NCBI GenBank assembly: GCA_963842525.1
Contig: CAWJGT010000011.1
Coordinates: 128,001-192,000, forward strand
Length of the DNA: 64,000 nt
Source of the DNA: an uncultured Holophagales bacterium
GTDB lineage: Bacteria > Acidobacteriota > Thermoanaerobaculia > Multivoradales > UBA5704
Direction of reading: 5' to 3'
Shown: piece by piece, positions 39,790 through 50,040 of the stretch
Layout: every line of letters begins with the position of its first letter
How positions within the stretch are numbered: the stretch's first letter is position 1
Made by a program: the position numbers and the translations under genes
Notes under the pieces: model-generated
Database searches by the model: none
Told to the model about the DNA's origin: nothing
Seen by the model: only the letters and a program-made list of their open reading frames with translations

Positions 39790-40422
39790 ATGATCCGCCC
39801 CATGCGACGCTCCGCCGACACCAATTTCGAGGAGGTGTTCGCCGCGCTTCCTCTGCTGCACCAGACACCCCGCTCGTGGGCGGAGCTCGCCGCTGCGCGC
39901 TTGCCCGAGTTCCTGGCCGATCACGCGGTCTGCGAACAGCAGGTCGCCATGTATGCCCTGTCGCTCGCCGGCTACTATCCCGACGACGCCGAGCTCGTCG
40001 AGCAAGCCGCGGGGCTCGCGGCGGAGGAGGTGCAGCATTTCCGGCGGGTGGTGGCGATCCTGAGAAAGCGGGGCTGGCCGCTCGGGGGACGGCGAAAGAA
40101 CCCCTGGGCTCAGAGCCTGAAGGCGCAGATCGTTCTCGGCCGCGAGCCCTGGACGAAGGTCGACCGTCTGCTGTTCGGCGCCATGGTCGAGGCGCGGAGC
40201 TGCGAGCGCTTCACCCGGCTCCTGGAGGTCGTCGAAGACCAGGAGGTCGCCCATCTCCTCGCCGATCTCGGCCCCGCGGAGCGCCGCCACTGGCAGCTCT
40301 TCTATCAGCTCGCCGGCCGCGAGACCGCCGCGGAGGCACTGACGGCCCGCTTCCAGCACTGGCGAGAGCTCGAGGCCGATCTCGCGCGCGGCCTCGGAAT
40401 TTCTCCGGCGGTTCACGGCTGA
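39790..40422 (+). CDS. miaE: tRNA-(ms2io6A) hydroxylase, ferritin-like
   Basis: 'DHAVCEQ', 'EEVQHF', 'DRLL..VEARSCERF', 'ERRH'. Confidence 0.85.
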   Translation: MIRPMRRSADTNFEEVFAALPLLHQTPRSWAELAAARLPEFLADHAVCEQQVAMYALSLAGYYPDDAELVEQAAGLAAEEVQHFRRVVAILRKRGWPLGGRRKNPWAQSLKAQIVLGREPWTKVDRLLFGAMVEARSCERFTRLLEVVEDQEVAHLLADLGPAERRHWQLFYQLAGRETAAEALTARFQHWRELEADLARGLGISPAVHG

Positions 40423-40625
40423 GGGACGGCTGCTGGCTGCAAAGGGAGAATCGTCGGCATTACGCCTCCTTCACTATGCGGTAGCCGGGCACACTCGAAT
40501 GGCGCGAGATAAAAGTACCCGACGCAGAGAACGTCATCCGGGCTGTCCCAAGCCATCCGGCTTCCTGGAAGATCATCCCTGACGGTGTAATTTACCTGGA
40601 ACTGATACCGTAATTCTACAGCGGA

Positions 40626-40958
40626 TCAATCCTTTGCAGGCAACGTCGAGACGTATGCAACCGCGCGTTGCACCCAGCCCCGAAGATCCTCTTCAGAGGT
40701 GAGCCCGGCCGGCTCGACGTACACCATGCTCTTCATCGGCTTGCCCGTGAAATCCATGAATCGCGTGTGCGGTTTGGTGAGAGCCTCGGCGGCTCCTTCT
40801 TCCCCGAGGCGCAGCATCAGCAAATCCTTCACCACACCACAGCACATATTGCCATTGAGCAAGAAGGCGAGACCGCCGAACATTTTCCGTTCGGTAATCC
40901 CCCTCCGCCGCCCGATCACTGAGCGGACGCGAGCAGCAGTGTCTTCATCAAAGGCCAT
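40626..40958 (-). CDS. TfoX N-terminal domain protein (last cassette of array C)
   Basis: 'ERKMFGGLAFLLNGNMCCGV..MDFTGKPM'; starts 28 nt after an attC core. Confidence 0.85.
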   Translation of the reverse strand: MAFDEDTAARVRSVIGRRRGITERKMFGGLAFLLNGNMCCGVVKDLLMLRLGEEGAAEALTKPHTRFMDFTGKPMKSMVYVEPAGLTSEEDLRGWVQRAVAYVSTLPAKD

Positions 40959-40985
40959 TCGTTACTCTCAGAACCTAGTTCGCGC

Positions 40986-41056
40986 GGTCAACGCTTCGGG
41001 GCCTCAACGCGCATCTGGGCGCGAGCCCAAGTGTCCGCTGCAGGCCGGCGTTGGCC
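40986..41056 (-). other. attC site
   Basis: - strand GGCCAAC gccggcctgcagcggacacttgggc tcgc gcccagatgcgcgttgaggccccgaagc GTTGACC: inverse core, imperfect palindrome with unpaired bases, core. Confidence 0.75.
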
Positions 41057-41089
41057 GTCGACACAGCACATTTGCAATATCGACGTTTG

Positions 41090-42151
41090 TCATTCCGCGG
41101 ATGCAACCCACCCCCCACCTGCTTTTGTGAACCTACGCGTTGCTGTTTCAGTGCTGGTATCCCCCCCCATAAAGAACTTCATCAGCATGGAAACCCCCTC
41201 AGCATGTGCATCCCCGGCTTCGGTTCCCTCGGTTGAATAGAACGTTGGCTTCGAGACAATTTGGTAAGTGCAGAAATAGCCCGCTCCGTACGACGCTACA
41301 TTGCATCCCAGTTTTTCGAACTCTACAATCTCGATTGCTATACCGGCCAGCATATTCTCAGTTGTCACGGTATTGGAGTCCTTTACCACACCGCCTCTTC
41401 TCTTAATCTGGCCGAGTAGCGCTTCTTTCATTTCCTTCTCGCTTGGTTCGTCATAATGGGGTGGCTTGACCGAGGATCCCTCGTTAATTCTGACATCAAT
41501 GCTACCGCTGCCTCCTTGAAAGATGTTAGGGCTAGTAGAGCCATGGCTTTCTTGTTTCGCAGGCACAGACTCGACAGCTTCCTCCCGCACCGAATGGGCC
41601 GGCCCATTGGCCTTTCTGATCTCCCGAAGTTCCTGATCGACTTTAGTAAAAGTCTCGAGTGGTACATACTTTTGACGGACATCTTCCTGCAAAATATAAG
41701 TGCCTTGCCTCACCACATCAAGTTTAGCTACCCGGAGAATGAAATCGTAGGCGCTGATGCCAGCTATGAAACTGCCCAAAATAGCTCCAAGGAAGTACAT
41801 CCAAGGCGATTCTTCGATTCGCGCCTTGAGAGACATACCACGCTCCCGCTCGAACTTTCCTGGTGGGGCAAGATGTCTCCCGCCAGGAGATGGCGCAGGC
41901 GTCCTGGCCCAGATCAGCCAGCGGTGTAACAAGAAGGCGCCAGTGCCGCCCCCGATGAGGCCGAACACGAAAGTCGTGCCGGTTGCCCCAGTGGCCCAAG
42001 CGATAGCCCCTCTTGCCAAGAGAAGAAGAAGCGCTCCACCAAGGGACAGCAGCGAGTAAAAGCCTAGCAGTTTCAGAAGACGCAGGGCCGCTTCACGCTG
42101 CCATCTGGGCGACGGGAGAACTGAGGTGAAACGCAAATCGTCAAGAGTCAC
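41090..42151 (-). CDS. Cassette hypothetical membrane protein (may be two genes, second start 41836)
   Basis: Lower GC; TM segments; ends just before attC 40986-41056. Confidence 0.6.
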   Translation of the reverse strand: MTLDDLRFTSVLPSPRWQREAALRLLKLLGFYSLLSLGGALLLLLARGAIAWATGATGTTFVFGLIGGGTGAFLLHRWLIWARTPAPSPGGRHLAPPGKFERERGMSLKARIEESPWMYFLGAILGSFIAGISAYDFILRVAKLDVVRQGTYILQEDVRQKYVPLETFTKVDQELREIRKANGPAHSVREEAVESVPAKQESHGSTSPNIFQGGSGSIDVRINEGSSVKPPHYDEPSEKEMKEALLGQIKRRGGVVKDSNTVTTENMLAGIAIEIVEFEKLGCNVASYGAGYFCTYQIVSKPTFYSTEGTEAGDAHAEGVSMLMKFFMGGDTSTETATRRFTKAGGGWVASAE

Positions 42152-42477
42152 GGGACACCTCGGTAGGCTCTAACTACGCAAGCTATTCCGAATACGAGGA
42201 TACTGCAGAGGAGGAGGAAGTCTGCGGTCGAGAACAACTCGTGAAGAGTGATCAGCCCAAGGAAGGAGAGAGCCTCACCTGGCCAGAGCCAATGGACGAG
42301 ACCTTCTATTCCTCTCATCCCCAGAAGAATGACGACGACGACAGAACAATGAGATATCCACTCGATGGCTGCCCATGCGGCTCTCTTGAATGCATGCTCG
42401 GCAAGACCTGCCAGCGTCTGCCTTGAGAGTTCTTCTGTCGCCACATCTTGTGACTTGGCAACGGGCTCCGAGGACAT
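42148..42477 (-). CDS. Cassette 2-TM hypothetical protein
   Basis: RBS AGGAGG; overlaps next gene (GTGA); follows attC 42520-42612. Confidence 0.65.
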   Translation of the reverse strand: MSSEPVAKSQDVATEELSRQTLAGLAEHAFKRAAWAAIEWISHCSVVVVILLGMRGIEGLVHWLWPGEALSFLGLITLHELFSTADFLLLCSILVFGIACVVRAYRGVP

Positions 42478-42519
42478 CAGCGCCTCCTATTGAATGTTGC
42501 ATTCACCATCTTCTCTGCC

Positions 42520-42612
42520 GGCTAACGCTCTGCGCTTGAGCGGCCGGCGGCAATAGACGCTCGGACATGACGAGTCGGTCGCCCGCCGGTCTGCTCCAAG
42601 CGCTGGTTAGCC
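42520..42612 (-). other. attC site
   Basis: - strand GGCTAAC cagcgcttGgagcagAccggcgg...ccgccggccgctcaagcgcagagc GTTAGCC: complementary cores, paired L boxes, extrahelical bases. Confidence 0.9.
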
Positions 42613-42621
42613 AGCAATCGT

Positions 42622-43074
42622 TCACTTTCCATCTGTCGGCTCCTCTGAGAGCACCTGGACGACAGAGTCGCCAGTCTTAACGAAACTGCGCTCTTCGTCG
42701 AGGTCCTCCCAGGTGCGCTCCTCGGTCTTTAGAGTCTCATACGTTGTCACCCATCGTGGCGGCTCAAAAAGTTTTTTTACATCGAGAAGGCTGCTATCTG
42801 CCACTCCGCCCACATTCACCTTTTTTGAGCGAAAGGTAGAAGCTACAGATAGCCTTGGTTCTACCCTAGTAATTTTGACCCGGACTTTTGGCCGCTCAAC
42901 GGACCCTAGAACCTCCCCGGAATCGGGGTCACGGATATCCTCTCCCGTGGCGTCAAGGACATCGAATCGCATCCCTATCTCAACACCATCACGAGAGCCG
43001 ATGTTGAGCGCCAGCTCCCTCGAGTTCAGAATGCGAGCGACTTTTCCCCGGAGGGGTTCCCGATTAGCTGTCAC
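42622..43074 (-). CDS. Cassette hypothetical protein, FlgT C-terminal-like beta domain
   Basis: 'GKVARI..LALNIGSRDGVEIGMRFDV..IRDPDSGEVLG'. Confidence 0.65.
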   Translation of the reverse strand: MTANREPLRGKVARILNSRELALNIGSRDGVEIGMRFDVLDATGEDIRDPDSGEVLGSVERPKVRVKITRVEPRLSVASTFRSKKVNVGGVADSSLLDVKKLFEPPRWVTTYETLKTEERTWEDLDEERSFVKTGDSVVQVLSEEPTDGK

Positions 43075-43565
43075 GGTTCAGTGCCTCCGGGCTCTGCCGC
43101 GCGGGTTTTCAGTCGGCGCTCCACATCCGCTACCTCTTCTGGTACAAGATCGCGCCAATCCTCCAAAGCATCTGTTACGCTAGCTCGCTGCTCGGTAACG
43201 AGAGCCTCAACTACGTCAAGCCGGGAATCTCCGGTTCCGGCAGCAGAGCGGAAGCGATTTACTGTCTCAGCAAGACGACCGAGACTCGCGTAGAGCCCTA
43301 GAACGCGCCGGAAGGCTGATCTCGCGGCGGGCTTTATCAGCTCCCGAGCTGCGGCTTCCGCAGACTGACGTCCGAAAATGTAAGATCCTGAAAGGCCTGC
43401 AGCGAGCGTCAAGAGTTGTAAAAGCGTGCTCTCTAGACTGCTCAGGGTCCGCTCCGCTGACACTACGATCAGAGTCACGGACCCTGCCACGGTGAATAAA
43501 AGCAACACTACCGCCATCCAGAAGGCGCTACGTTTCCACCTAGGTGCGCTCAGAGCCGGTTCCAA
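43071..43565 (-). CDS. Cassette 2-TM + helical hypothetical protein (first cassette of array C)
   Basis: Starts 18 nt after the GTTAGCC core at 43589-43583; coupled to next ORF. Confidence 0.6.
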   Translation of the reverse strand: MEPALSAPRWKRSAFWMAVVLLLFTVAGSVTLIVVSAERTLSSLESTLLQLLTLAAGLSGSYIFGRQSAEAAARELIKPAARSAFRRVLGLYASLGRLAETVNRFRSAAGTGDSRLDVVEALVTEQRASVTDALEDWRDLVPEEVADVERRLKTRAAEPGGTEP

Positions 43566-43596
43566 AGAGTTCCCCTATTGATGGCTAACCTCTACC

Positions 43597-45935
43597 GTAT
43601 CTGTTTACCGCCCTAGTGCCGCCTTCCCCGAGCGGTGGCACGTCCGCAAGGGCTTGAAGTTCTCTTCTCGGCATGGTCTAATGTCTTTCAGGCATGCCGA
43701 CTTACGAGGAACTCCTTCAAGAGAACTCTGAGCTTCGCCAAGACAACGGTGAGCTTCGCCAGCGGGTGGAGGAGCAGGAGCGCCAGATTGCGCACCTGAA
43801 GCGCCGAATCGTCGATCTGGAGAAACTTGTCGAGGAGCTACGGCGCCGGGGCAAACGCCAGGCTGCCCCCTTCTCGAAGGGAGATCCGAGCGAGGATCCC
43901 AAGTCTCCAGGGCGCAAAGCCGGGGATCAATATGGTCAGCAAGCGACTCGAGCTGTGCCCGATCACGTCGACGAAACCATCGTGGTGGAGTGCCCGCTGT
44001 ATTGTGAGCACTGTGGGGGTCAGGTCATTCCGCAGGGCGAAGCTCGCCAGTATCAGACCGATCTGCCGCCGATTCGGCCGGTGACGACGGAGTTCATCCT
44101 CCATTATGGGAAGTGCTCGGCATGTGGCCGGGAAGCTGTGGGGCGTCACCCGCGCCAGACTTCCCAGGCGTTCCGGGTCGGCAACGTGCAACTCGGTCCA
44201 AACGTGTTGGGGCTCGCCGCCTGGCTCAACAAGGTCGGAGGCTTGAGCTACGGCAAGATCGCCGCGTTGCTGAAGGAGCTGGCTGGACTGTCTGTGTCGC
44301 GCTCGGCCCTGTGCCGCGCGCTGCTTCGCATGAGTAAGAAGCTGGAGCCCTTGTACGAGGAGCTGAAGGCGAAGATCCGGAGCTCTCCTGTGGTGTACCC
44401 GGACGAGACGGGCTGGCGGGAGGGGGGCTATAGCGTGTGGTTGTGGGTGTTCACCAATCGCAGCGAGACGGTCTACAGCATCCAGCCGGGTCGTGGCTAT
44501 GCCGAGGCCTCTGAGGTCCTGGGGGAGGGCTTTGTCGGCGTGCTGGTGGCTGATGGTTGGGCTCCCTATCAGAAATTTGAAGAAGCGACTCATCAGACCT
44601 GTCTGGCGCATCTGTTGCGCCGTTGCGAGGAGCTGCTGGAGAAGGCGACAGGGGGTGCGGTGCGCTTTCCTCGGGCGGTGAAAGAGATCCTGCAGGCCGC
44701 CTTGGAGGCGCGAGATCAGCGGGACGCGGGCAAGCTCAGCGGCGAGGCGCTGGAGAAGGTCAAGCAGGACTTGGAGGCTCCAGATGGAAAGGCGTCTGTC
44801 GGGGCAGTTCACGAACCCCGACAACCAGCGTCTGGCTCAGCATTTGATACGTCACCAGGAGCAGCTGTTTGTCTTCCTGGAACGCACGGATGTGGAGGCG
44901 ACCAATTGGCCGGCCGAACAAGGGATTCGCCCGGCGGTCATCAACCGCAAGACATCTGGGGGAAATCGGACGGCCGAGGGGTCCCAGGCGCAAGCGGTCT
45001 TGATGAGTGCCCTGCGCACATTTCAGCAACACCAAGTCGGGACACTCGAGATCTTGCCCCAGCTTCTGCGCAGCCCCCAGCTACCGAAGCTTGAGGCAAT
45101 ACTTCCTGCGTCACAGCCACCGTAACAGTTCTCGCCACGAGTTATCCGTGGCTCCAGGTCGGTAGCCGCTCGCCCTCGTCAGGTCGCCTGGCCAGCGCGG
45201 ACGTGTGTCCAGGGAAAACCTTCCCCAAAAGTGCCGCTGACGGTAAACAGATACCATTTGAAGAAGCGACTCATCAGACCTGTCTGGCGCATCTGTTGCG
45301 CCGTTGCGAGGAGCTGCTGGAGAAGGCGACAGGGGGTGCGGTGCGCTTTCCTCGGGCGGTGAAAGAGATCCTGCAGGCCGCCTTGGAGGCGCGAGATCAG
45401 CGGGACGCGGGCAAGCTCAGCGGCGAGGCGCTGGAGAAGGTCAAGCAGGACTTGGAGCTTCCAGATGGAAAGGCGTCTGTCGGGGCAGTTCACGAACCCC
45501 GACAACCAGCGTCTGGCTCAGCATTTGATACGTCACCAGGAGCAGCTGTTTGTCTTCCTGGAACGCACGGATGTGGAGGCGACCAATTGGCCGGCCGAAC
45601 AAGGGATTCGCCCGGCGGTCATCAACCGCAAGACATCTGGGGGAAATCGGACGGCCGAGGGGTCCCAGGCGCAAGCGGTCTTGATGAGTGCCCTGCGCAC
45701 ATTTCAGCAACACCAAGTCGGGACACTCGAGATCTTGCCCCAGCTTCTGCGCAGCCCCCAGCTACCGAAGCTTGAGGCAATACTTCCTGCGTCACAGCCA
45801 CCGTAACAGTTCTCGCCACGAGTTATCCGTGGCTCCAGGTCGGTAGCCGCTCGCCCTCGTCAGGTCGCCTGGCCAGCGCGGACGTGTGTCCAGGGAAAAC
45901 CTTCCCCAAAAGTGCCGCTGACGGTAAACAGATAC
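43597..45935 (+). mobile_element. IS66-family element (single-ORF type) with tandem duplication of its last 680 bp
   Basis: TIR GTATCTGTTTACCG / CGGTAAACAGATAC; 8-bp TSD CCTCTACC at 43589-43596 and 45936-45943; 44575-45254 repeated at 45256-45935. Confidence 0.92.
43694..45125 (+). CDS. IS66 transposase (TnpC-like), frameshift near 44780
   Basis: Coiled coil, CxxC zinc ribbons, 'YPDETGW', 'ADGWAPY', 'HQTCLAHLLR', 'TNWPAEQGIRPAV'. Confidence 0.9.
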
Positions 45936-46048
45936 CCTCTACCTTAAAGATTCACCGGCACCCTGTTGCGCCGGCCTATCCTTCAAATCAGCCAGTCAGC
46001 TCTTCTGCTTCTCTCGGGCATGAGGGTGCCAAGTCTCAGGTGTACTAG

Positions 46049-46077
46049 ATCTTACGTCGTATACGTATCCACGTCAA
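46049..46077 (-). promoter_or_regulatory. Sigma70-type promoter (Pc-like) in platform C
   Basis: - strand TTGACG-N17-TAAGAT. Confidence 0.7.
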
Positions 46078-46356
46078 GACCGCGAGGTCGCTGGATATGC
46101 ATTCTCACCAGGCAGGTACCTCGCAACTCGCAAAGGCGTCCTCCTGGATGAGCGAAGGAAGCTCCTCAGGTGGAGCTGACACTACGCAGTATTGATATTT
46201 GACTCACCAGTGGAAGACCTATACCCCGGCGAAGCATGCCCCACGCAGGTGCAACAAAGGATATGCGGGCCGGAATCGGGTATAAGGGCGTCCTAGGACT
46301 GGTGCGGGGCTGTCCCGCGGCAGGACCGACCGTTTGTGGCAAACGGACCCCGCGGC

Positions 46357-46749
46357 AGTAGAGACGCCCCAGTCCGCAACCACAAACCAATCGGCGTGCA
46401 CCGCCGTCGGGGCGTCTCCGCGGCACCAACCACCACCAGTGCCGACGATCGCCACCAGGGGCGGATGGATAGCCGGCGGGTTGTCAGGTGGCAAGACCAA
46501 CCGTTCGTGGTAAATGGGGCTGCTGTGGAGAGACGCCCCGACTGTTTGCGCCCGGTAAGGTCCGTGGTCACGGACTGGGGCGTCTCTACGGGACTCTACG
46601 GGACAACAACGACCACCACTGCCGGCGATTGGGCTTTCAGGCCGCGGGGGTTGATCGCCTCTCTGCCCTCCGTTGTCCCGGCCCGTTGGGCCGGGTGGAG
46701 AAGAAATTTGCGCGCGCCACACGAGGATTCTCGGATGTAGTAGATCAGG
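46357..46749. repeat. REP cluster (GTAGAGACGCCCC/GGGGCGTCTCTAC) plus ~80-bp unit shared with 57128-57205
   Basis: Inverted copies near 46358 and 46571-46590; CCGGCCCGTTGGGCCGGGTGGAGA..CGAGGATTCTC..GTAGTAGATCAGG at both loci. Confidence 0.7.
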
Positions 46750-47660
46750 CCGACCACTGGATGGCCGGCGGGCGCACCGAGGCGCAGACCGGCATTCCAT
46801 CGGGGGCGGTGAAGCTCGAGCTCTCCGACCAGCAAACCCGACTGGAGCGCCTTTGCGAGCACTTCGGACGGAACGGCATCGAGGCGAAGCTTCGCCCGGC
46901 GAAACATCGCCTGGGGACCTGCACCCTTACGTCCCGTCCACGTGAGATAGACGAAGCGTTCACCGGGAGGGCCGTTGACGGCCGGGCCGCGGAAGGCGGG
47001 CACGCCATTCTTTTCGCAGACCTCGATGTGCGTCTCCCATGTCGCCTCCCGCAGGTCCGCGGGGATGGTGTCCTGCGAATCGCACCCGACCTTTTGCGCC
47101 AGGGCCACACGAATGTCACGGTAGGGGCCGCAGGTGGTGCCCGGCAGGCGCCGGCCGAGGATCCGCAACACGACGCGCTGCCACGACGGCCCCAACCCGG
47201 CCACTCGCGGCGGACGCGGGCGCTCGGGAGGAAGCAAGGCATGGCGCGCGCGGCGTTCGCGCGCAGCGGGCGACTTCGCTGCGAGGATCTCTTCCCGCAG
47301 CATACGCTGCTGCGCGCGGGTGTGGGCCTCCCAGCGGGCGCGGGCCTCAGGCACGCTGTCGATCAGCGCCTGGAGCTGAGCGGGGAGCTCCGGGGATGCG
47401 ATCGAGATCGCGAGCGTAGCCCGCTCACCAGGCGCTTTGCCAACCGCCCCGAGCGTCTCTTTCCGGAGCTCGACGAACCAGCGATCGTCGTCCCACCGAT
47501 GAAGCGATCGGCGTCCGAGAGGGATGCCATCGAGGGTTCCCTCGACGGTCGTCGTTGCCGAGAGGCTCCAGGCAGCCACCGCCGACGCCGGCACGACGAC
47601 GAACGCCGCCATGTCGGGGTGTTTCCGCTCGATGAGGACTTCCAAGGTCACCGGGTCCAT
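46745..47660 (-). CDS. DUF1905/YdeI-like + DUF5990-like fusion protein, frameshift near 46810
   Basis: 'VEGTLDG..ELPAQLQALI..AKSPAARERR' then 'FRGPAVNGPPGERFVYLTW..MFRRAKLRL', ending 'DGMPVCASVRPPAIQW'. Confidence 0.6.
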
Positions 47661-47779
47661 GAACACCTCGGGCTCATCCTATCGCCATGCAACACCTTCC
47701 GAACCCACATCGATTCGACGGAAGCGGGAGACAGGATCACCAGGAACCGGTGCCAGCTCACTGAGCCCTGGCTCCAGGG

Positions 47780-47808
47780 TTGACCGGATCCTGGAGAGAC
47801 TGTATATA
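47780..47808 (+). promoter_or_regulatory. Sigma70 promoter of TA pair (near-leaderless)
   Basis: TTGACC-N17-TATATA, 8 nt before ATG 47817. Confidence 0.5.
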
Positions 47809-47816
47809 AGATCTCT

Positions 47817-48092
47817 ATGAAGACTCTCACCATCACCGAGGCCAAGAAGAACCTGGGGCGCTGGCTGGCGGCTGCCGCCAGCGGTGATGACGTTGGCATC
47901 ATCTTGGGGGCTGACATCATCGCCCTCCGCAAAGTGGAAGTGGAATCTACAGACTTTGCGCAGCGTGAGTACGATGCGACTCCAGAGCAGGTCGCCGCCT
48001 TGCAGGAAGCCGTGGACAATCGCTATCGCCGGCTCAGGCGCTCAGGGAAGCTCTTGACGGTCACAGCGAACGAGCTGAGAGGACTTGTTTGA
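47817..48092 (+). CDS. Phd/YefM-like antitoxin
   Basis: 'MKTLTITEAKKNLGRWL'; overlaps downstream small ORF. Confidence 0.65.
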   Translation: MKTLTITEAKKNLGRWLAAAASGDDVGIILGADIIALRKVEVESTDFAQREYDATPEQVAALQEAVDNRYRRLRRSGKLLTVTANELRGLV

Positions 48093-48391
48093 AGAAGCTC
48101 CTCTCTCTCGATCCAAACGTACTGAAACGGCTAAAAAAGCTCGAAAAAAGGGACCGTGTCGAATGCTTGCTGGCCCTCGTTGAATTGGCGGACACTTTCG
48201 GTCAACCTCATAGCCACAGCGGGATTGGCATCCGCAAGCTCGGCGACCGTCTTTTCGAGTGTCGGGACAACTTGGCTTTGCGTTTCCTGTTTGAAAACCG
48301 ATCCGAAGACCTCTTCGTCTTTTTCTTGGGCAACCACACAGAAATCCAGAAACTTCTTCGCGCTGGCAGCTTGGGCTCAGGCCGCAAATGA
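48089..48391 (+). CDS. RelE-superfamily toxin-like protein
   Basis: 100 aa, basic; 'HSGIGIRKL..LFECR..LRFLF..LGNHTEI'. Confidence 0.6.
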   Translation: MKKLLSLDPNVLKRLKKLEKRDRVECLLALVELADTFGQPHSHSGIGIRKLGDRLFECRDNLALRFLFENRSEDLFVFFLGNHTEIQKLLRAGSLGSGRK

Positions 48392-48486
48392 CTTCCGGCG
48401 ACGGTGCGGCAGAGTCCGGCAGGATTCTCCCCAAAGCGGATCTCCAGAAAATGCTGGCCGAATTGGCTCGCCCGTAGCCGCTGCCG

Positions 48487-49551
48487 TCAAAGATCCGTGG
48501 CGTCGGCGGCGGTCAGCTTTTCGTTGAGCAGATAATCATCGCTCAGGTATTTGAGGATCGCGCGGCCGATCTTGGGATCGAACCGTTCCTTGACCGGCCG
48601 GACCACCACCCCTTCGCGGATGTGCTGGTCGGGTAGGGTGGTCTGGCCGCGGCTCAGCTCGGCGATCCGTTCGAGCGAGAACGGTCCGCGCTCGAGAAGC
48701 GGAACGGTGGCGACGCCGTGGTGCTCGCAGAGCGCGGCGAAGTCGTCATAGTCGAGGAAGTGCTCGCCCACGAGGACGTCGAAGGCGGCGAAGCCGAGCC
48801 CGTCGCGCTTGCCGTAGTGCAGGCTTTGCACGCGGCTGCCGTAGATCTCGCCGTAGACGATCGCCACCGGATGCTGCTGCTTGAGCTCGTCGAGCAGGCT
48901 GCGTACCGGCTCCAGGGTGGAGGGGAACCAATAGGTATTTGTGCCGATCTCCTCGGGCGCCGGACGCTTGCGCTGCAGCCCGTGCGAGCCGGCGAGAAGC
49001 TCGCCCTCGACCCAGCCGATGCGGGCATTGGTGCCGTGGATCTTCTCGGTCACCGCGACCTCTTCACCGGGCGCGAGGACTTCGGGGAAGTTGCGCAGGT
49101 TCTCGATATCGGTGTACCGCTGGAAGAGCGGATGGTTGGGCTCGGAATCGCCGGCCGAGAACTTCACCGGCGGCCGGAACTTGCCGATCCCGTAGTGCTC
49201 GCGCACGTCGGTCCCCACCGGCCAGCTCGGATCGTCGGGCCGCACCACCAGCCCGAAGGAGGGCTCGCCGCGCAGGCGCACCTGGCGGACGACGAGGTCG
49301 CGCTGGCCCTCGACGTTGGTGCGCTCGGAGAGGTAGCTCACCACGCCGATGCGCTCGGCCATCTCCCGCGGCAGGGTGCTGTCCGGCGGGATGAAGACCA
49401 CCCGCTCGCCGGGCGCGAACTCGGGCGAGCCGTCCTCGCGCTTGCGGATCACCGCCTGCCAACCCTTGATGCGGGCGAGGAAGAGGCGGTCGGCATTGGG
49501 GTGGGGATGGACGGATTCGATTTCGACGACGTTGGCGATCACCGATGACAT
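48487..49551 (-). CDS. ATP-dependent RNA ligase, DRB0094/Rnl5-like with N-terminal OB domain
   Basis: 'HPHPNADRL', motif I 'TEKIHGTN', 'YGEIYG', 'FDV', 'REGVVVRP', 'LK'. Confidence 0.88.
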   Translation of the reverse strand: MSSVIANVVEIESVHPHPNADRLFLARIKGWQAVIRKREDGSPEFAPGERVVFIPPDSTLPREMAERIGVVSYLSERTNVEGQRDLVVRQVRLRGEPSFGLVVRPDDPSWPVGTDVREHYGIGKFRPPVKFSAGDSEPNHPLFQRYTDIENLRNFPEVLAPGEEVAVTEKIHGTNARIGWVEGELLAGSHGLQRKRPAPEEIGTNTYWFPSTLEPVRSLLDELKQQHPVAIVYGEIYGSRVQSLHYGKRDGLGFAAFDVLVGEHFLDYDDFAALCEHHGVATVPLLERGPFSLERIAELSRGQTTLPDQHIREGVVVRPVKERFDPKIGRAILKYLSDDYLLNEKLTAADATDL

Positions 49552-49699
49552 AGGATTACCTTTCGGGCTTACACTATCGCATCGACCGGCGATTGCACCA
49601 CTGGCGTCACCGGATCTCGATTCGGGGCGCTTACTCTGGTCGTAGAAGGTATCTCCTTACCCAGAAGGGGTGTACACTGATATTCGTAAGGAGGATCAC

Positions 49700-49969
49700 A
49701 TGTCGGCGAGCACTCTGACCTCGAAAGGACAAGTCACGATCCCAAAGGAAGTCCGCGAGCGCCTCGGCTTGAAGGAAGGCGACCGTCTGGTCTTCCGATT
49801 CGACGATCAGGGCAACCTTCTGGTTCGGCCGGAGGCCCGGAGTCCTCTCGGGAGACTGCCCGGCCTTCTTCACCATCTCGCTGGAGAACGGCCGGTCACA
49901 GTGGAAGAGATGAATGAGGCGGTCAAACGGCGAGCTGCTGAGCGGTTCAAGGAGGTCGCTCGGCGGTGA
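49700..49969 (+). CDS. AbrB/MazE-family antitoxin
   Basis: 'STLTSKGQVTIPKEVRERLGLKEGDRLVF'. Confidence 0.9.
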   Translation: MSASTLTSKGQVTIPKEVRERLGLKEGDRLVFRFDDQGNLLVRPEARSPLGRLPGLLHHLAGERPVTVEEMNEAVKRRAAERFKEVARR

Positions 49970-50040
49970 TCGCCCTCGATACGAACATTCTGATCCGCCT
50001 CCTTGTGAGGGACGACCCCAGTCAAACGGCTCACAGCGAA
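49966..50040 (+). pseudogene. VapC/PIN toxin 5' remnant
   Basis: 'MIALDTNILIRLLVRDDPSQ' then similarity is lost; REP-like TGTCATCCTGAGCGTAGCGAAGGATCT follows at 50074-50100. Confidence 0.75.

Larger units (their letters stand above)
43583..46298 (-). other. Conserved non-coding platform copy C, interrupted by IS66
   Basis: Removing IS66 and one TSD joins GGCTAACCTCTACC to TTAAAGATTCACCGGCACCC...GTATCCACGTCAAGACC...GAGCGAAGG...GGAATCGGGTATAAG, the reverse complement of copy A/B blocks. Confidence 0.7.
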
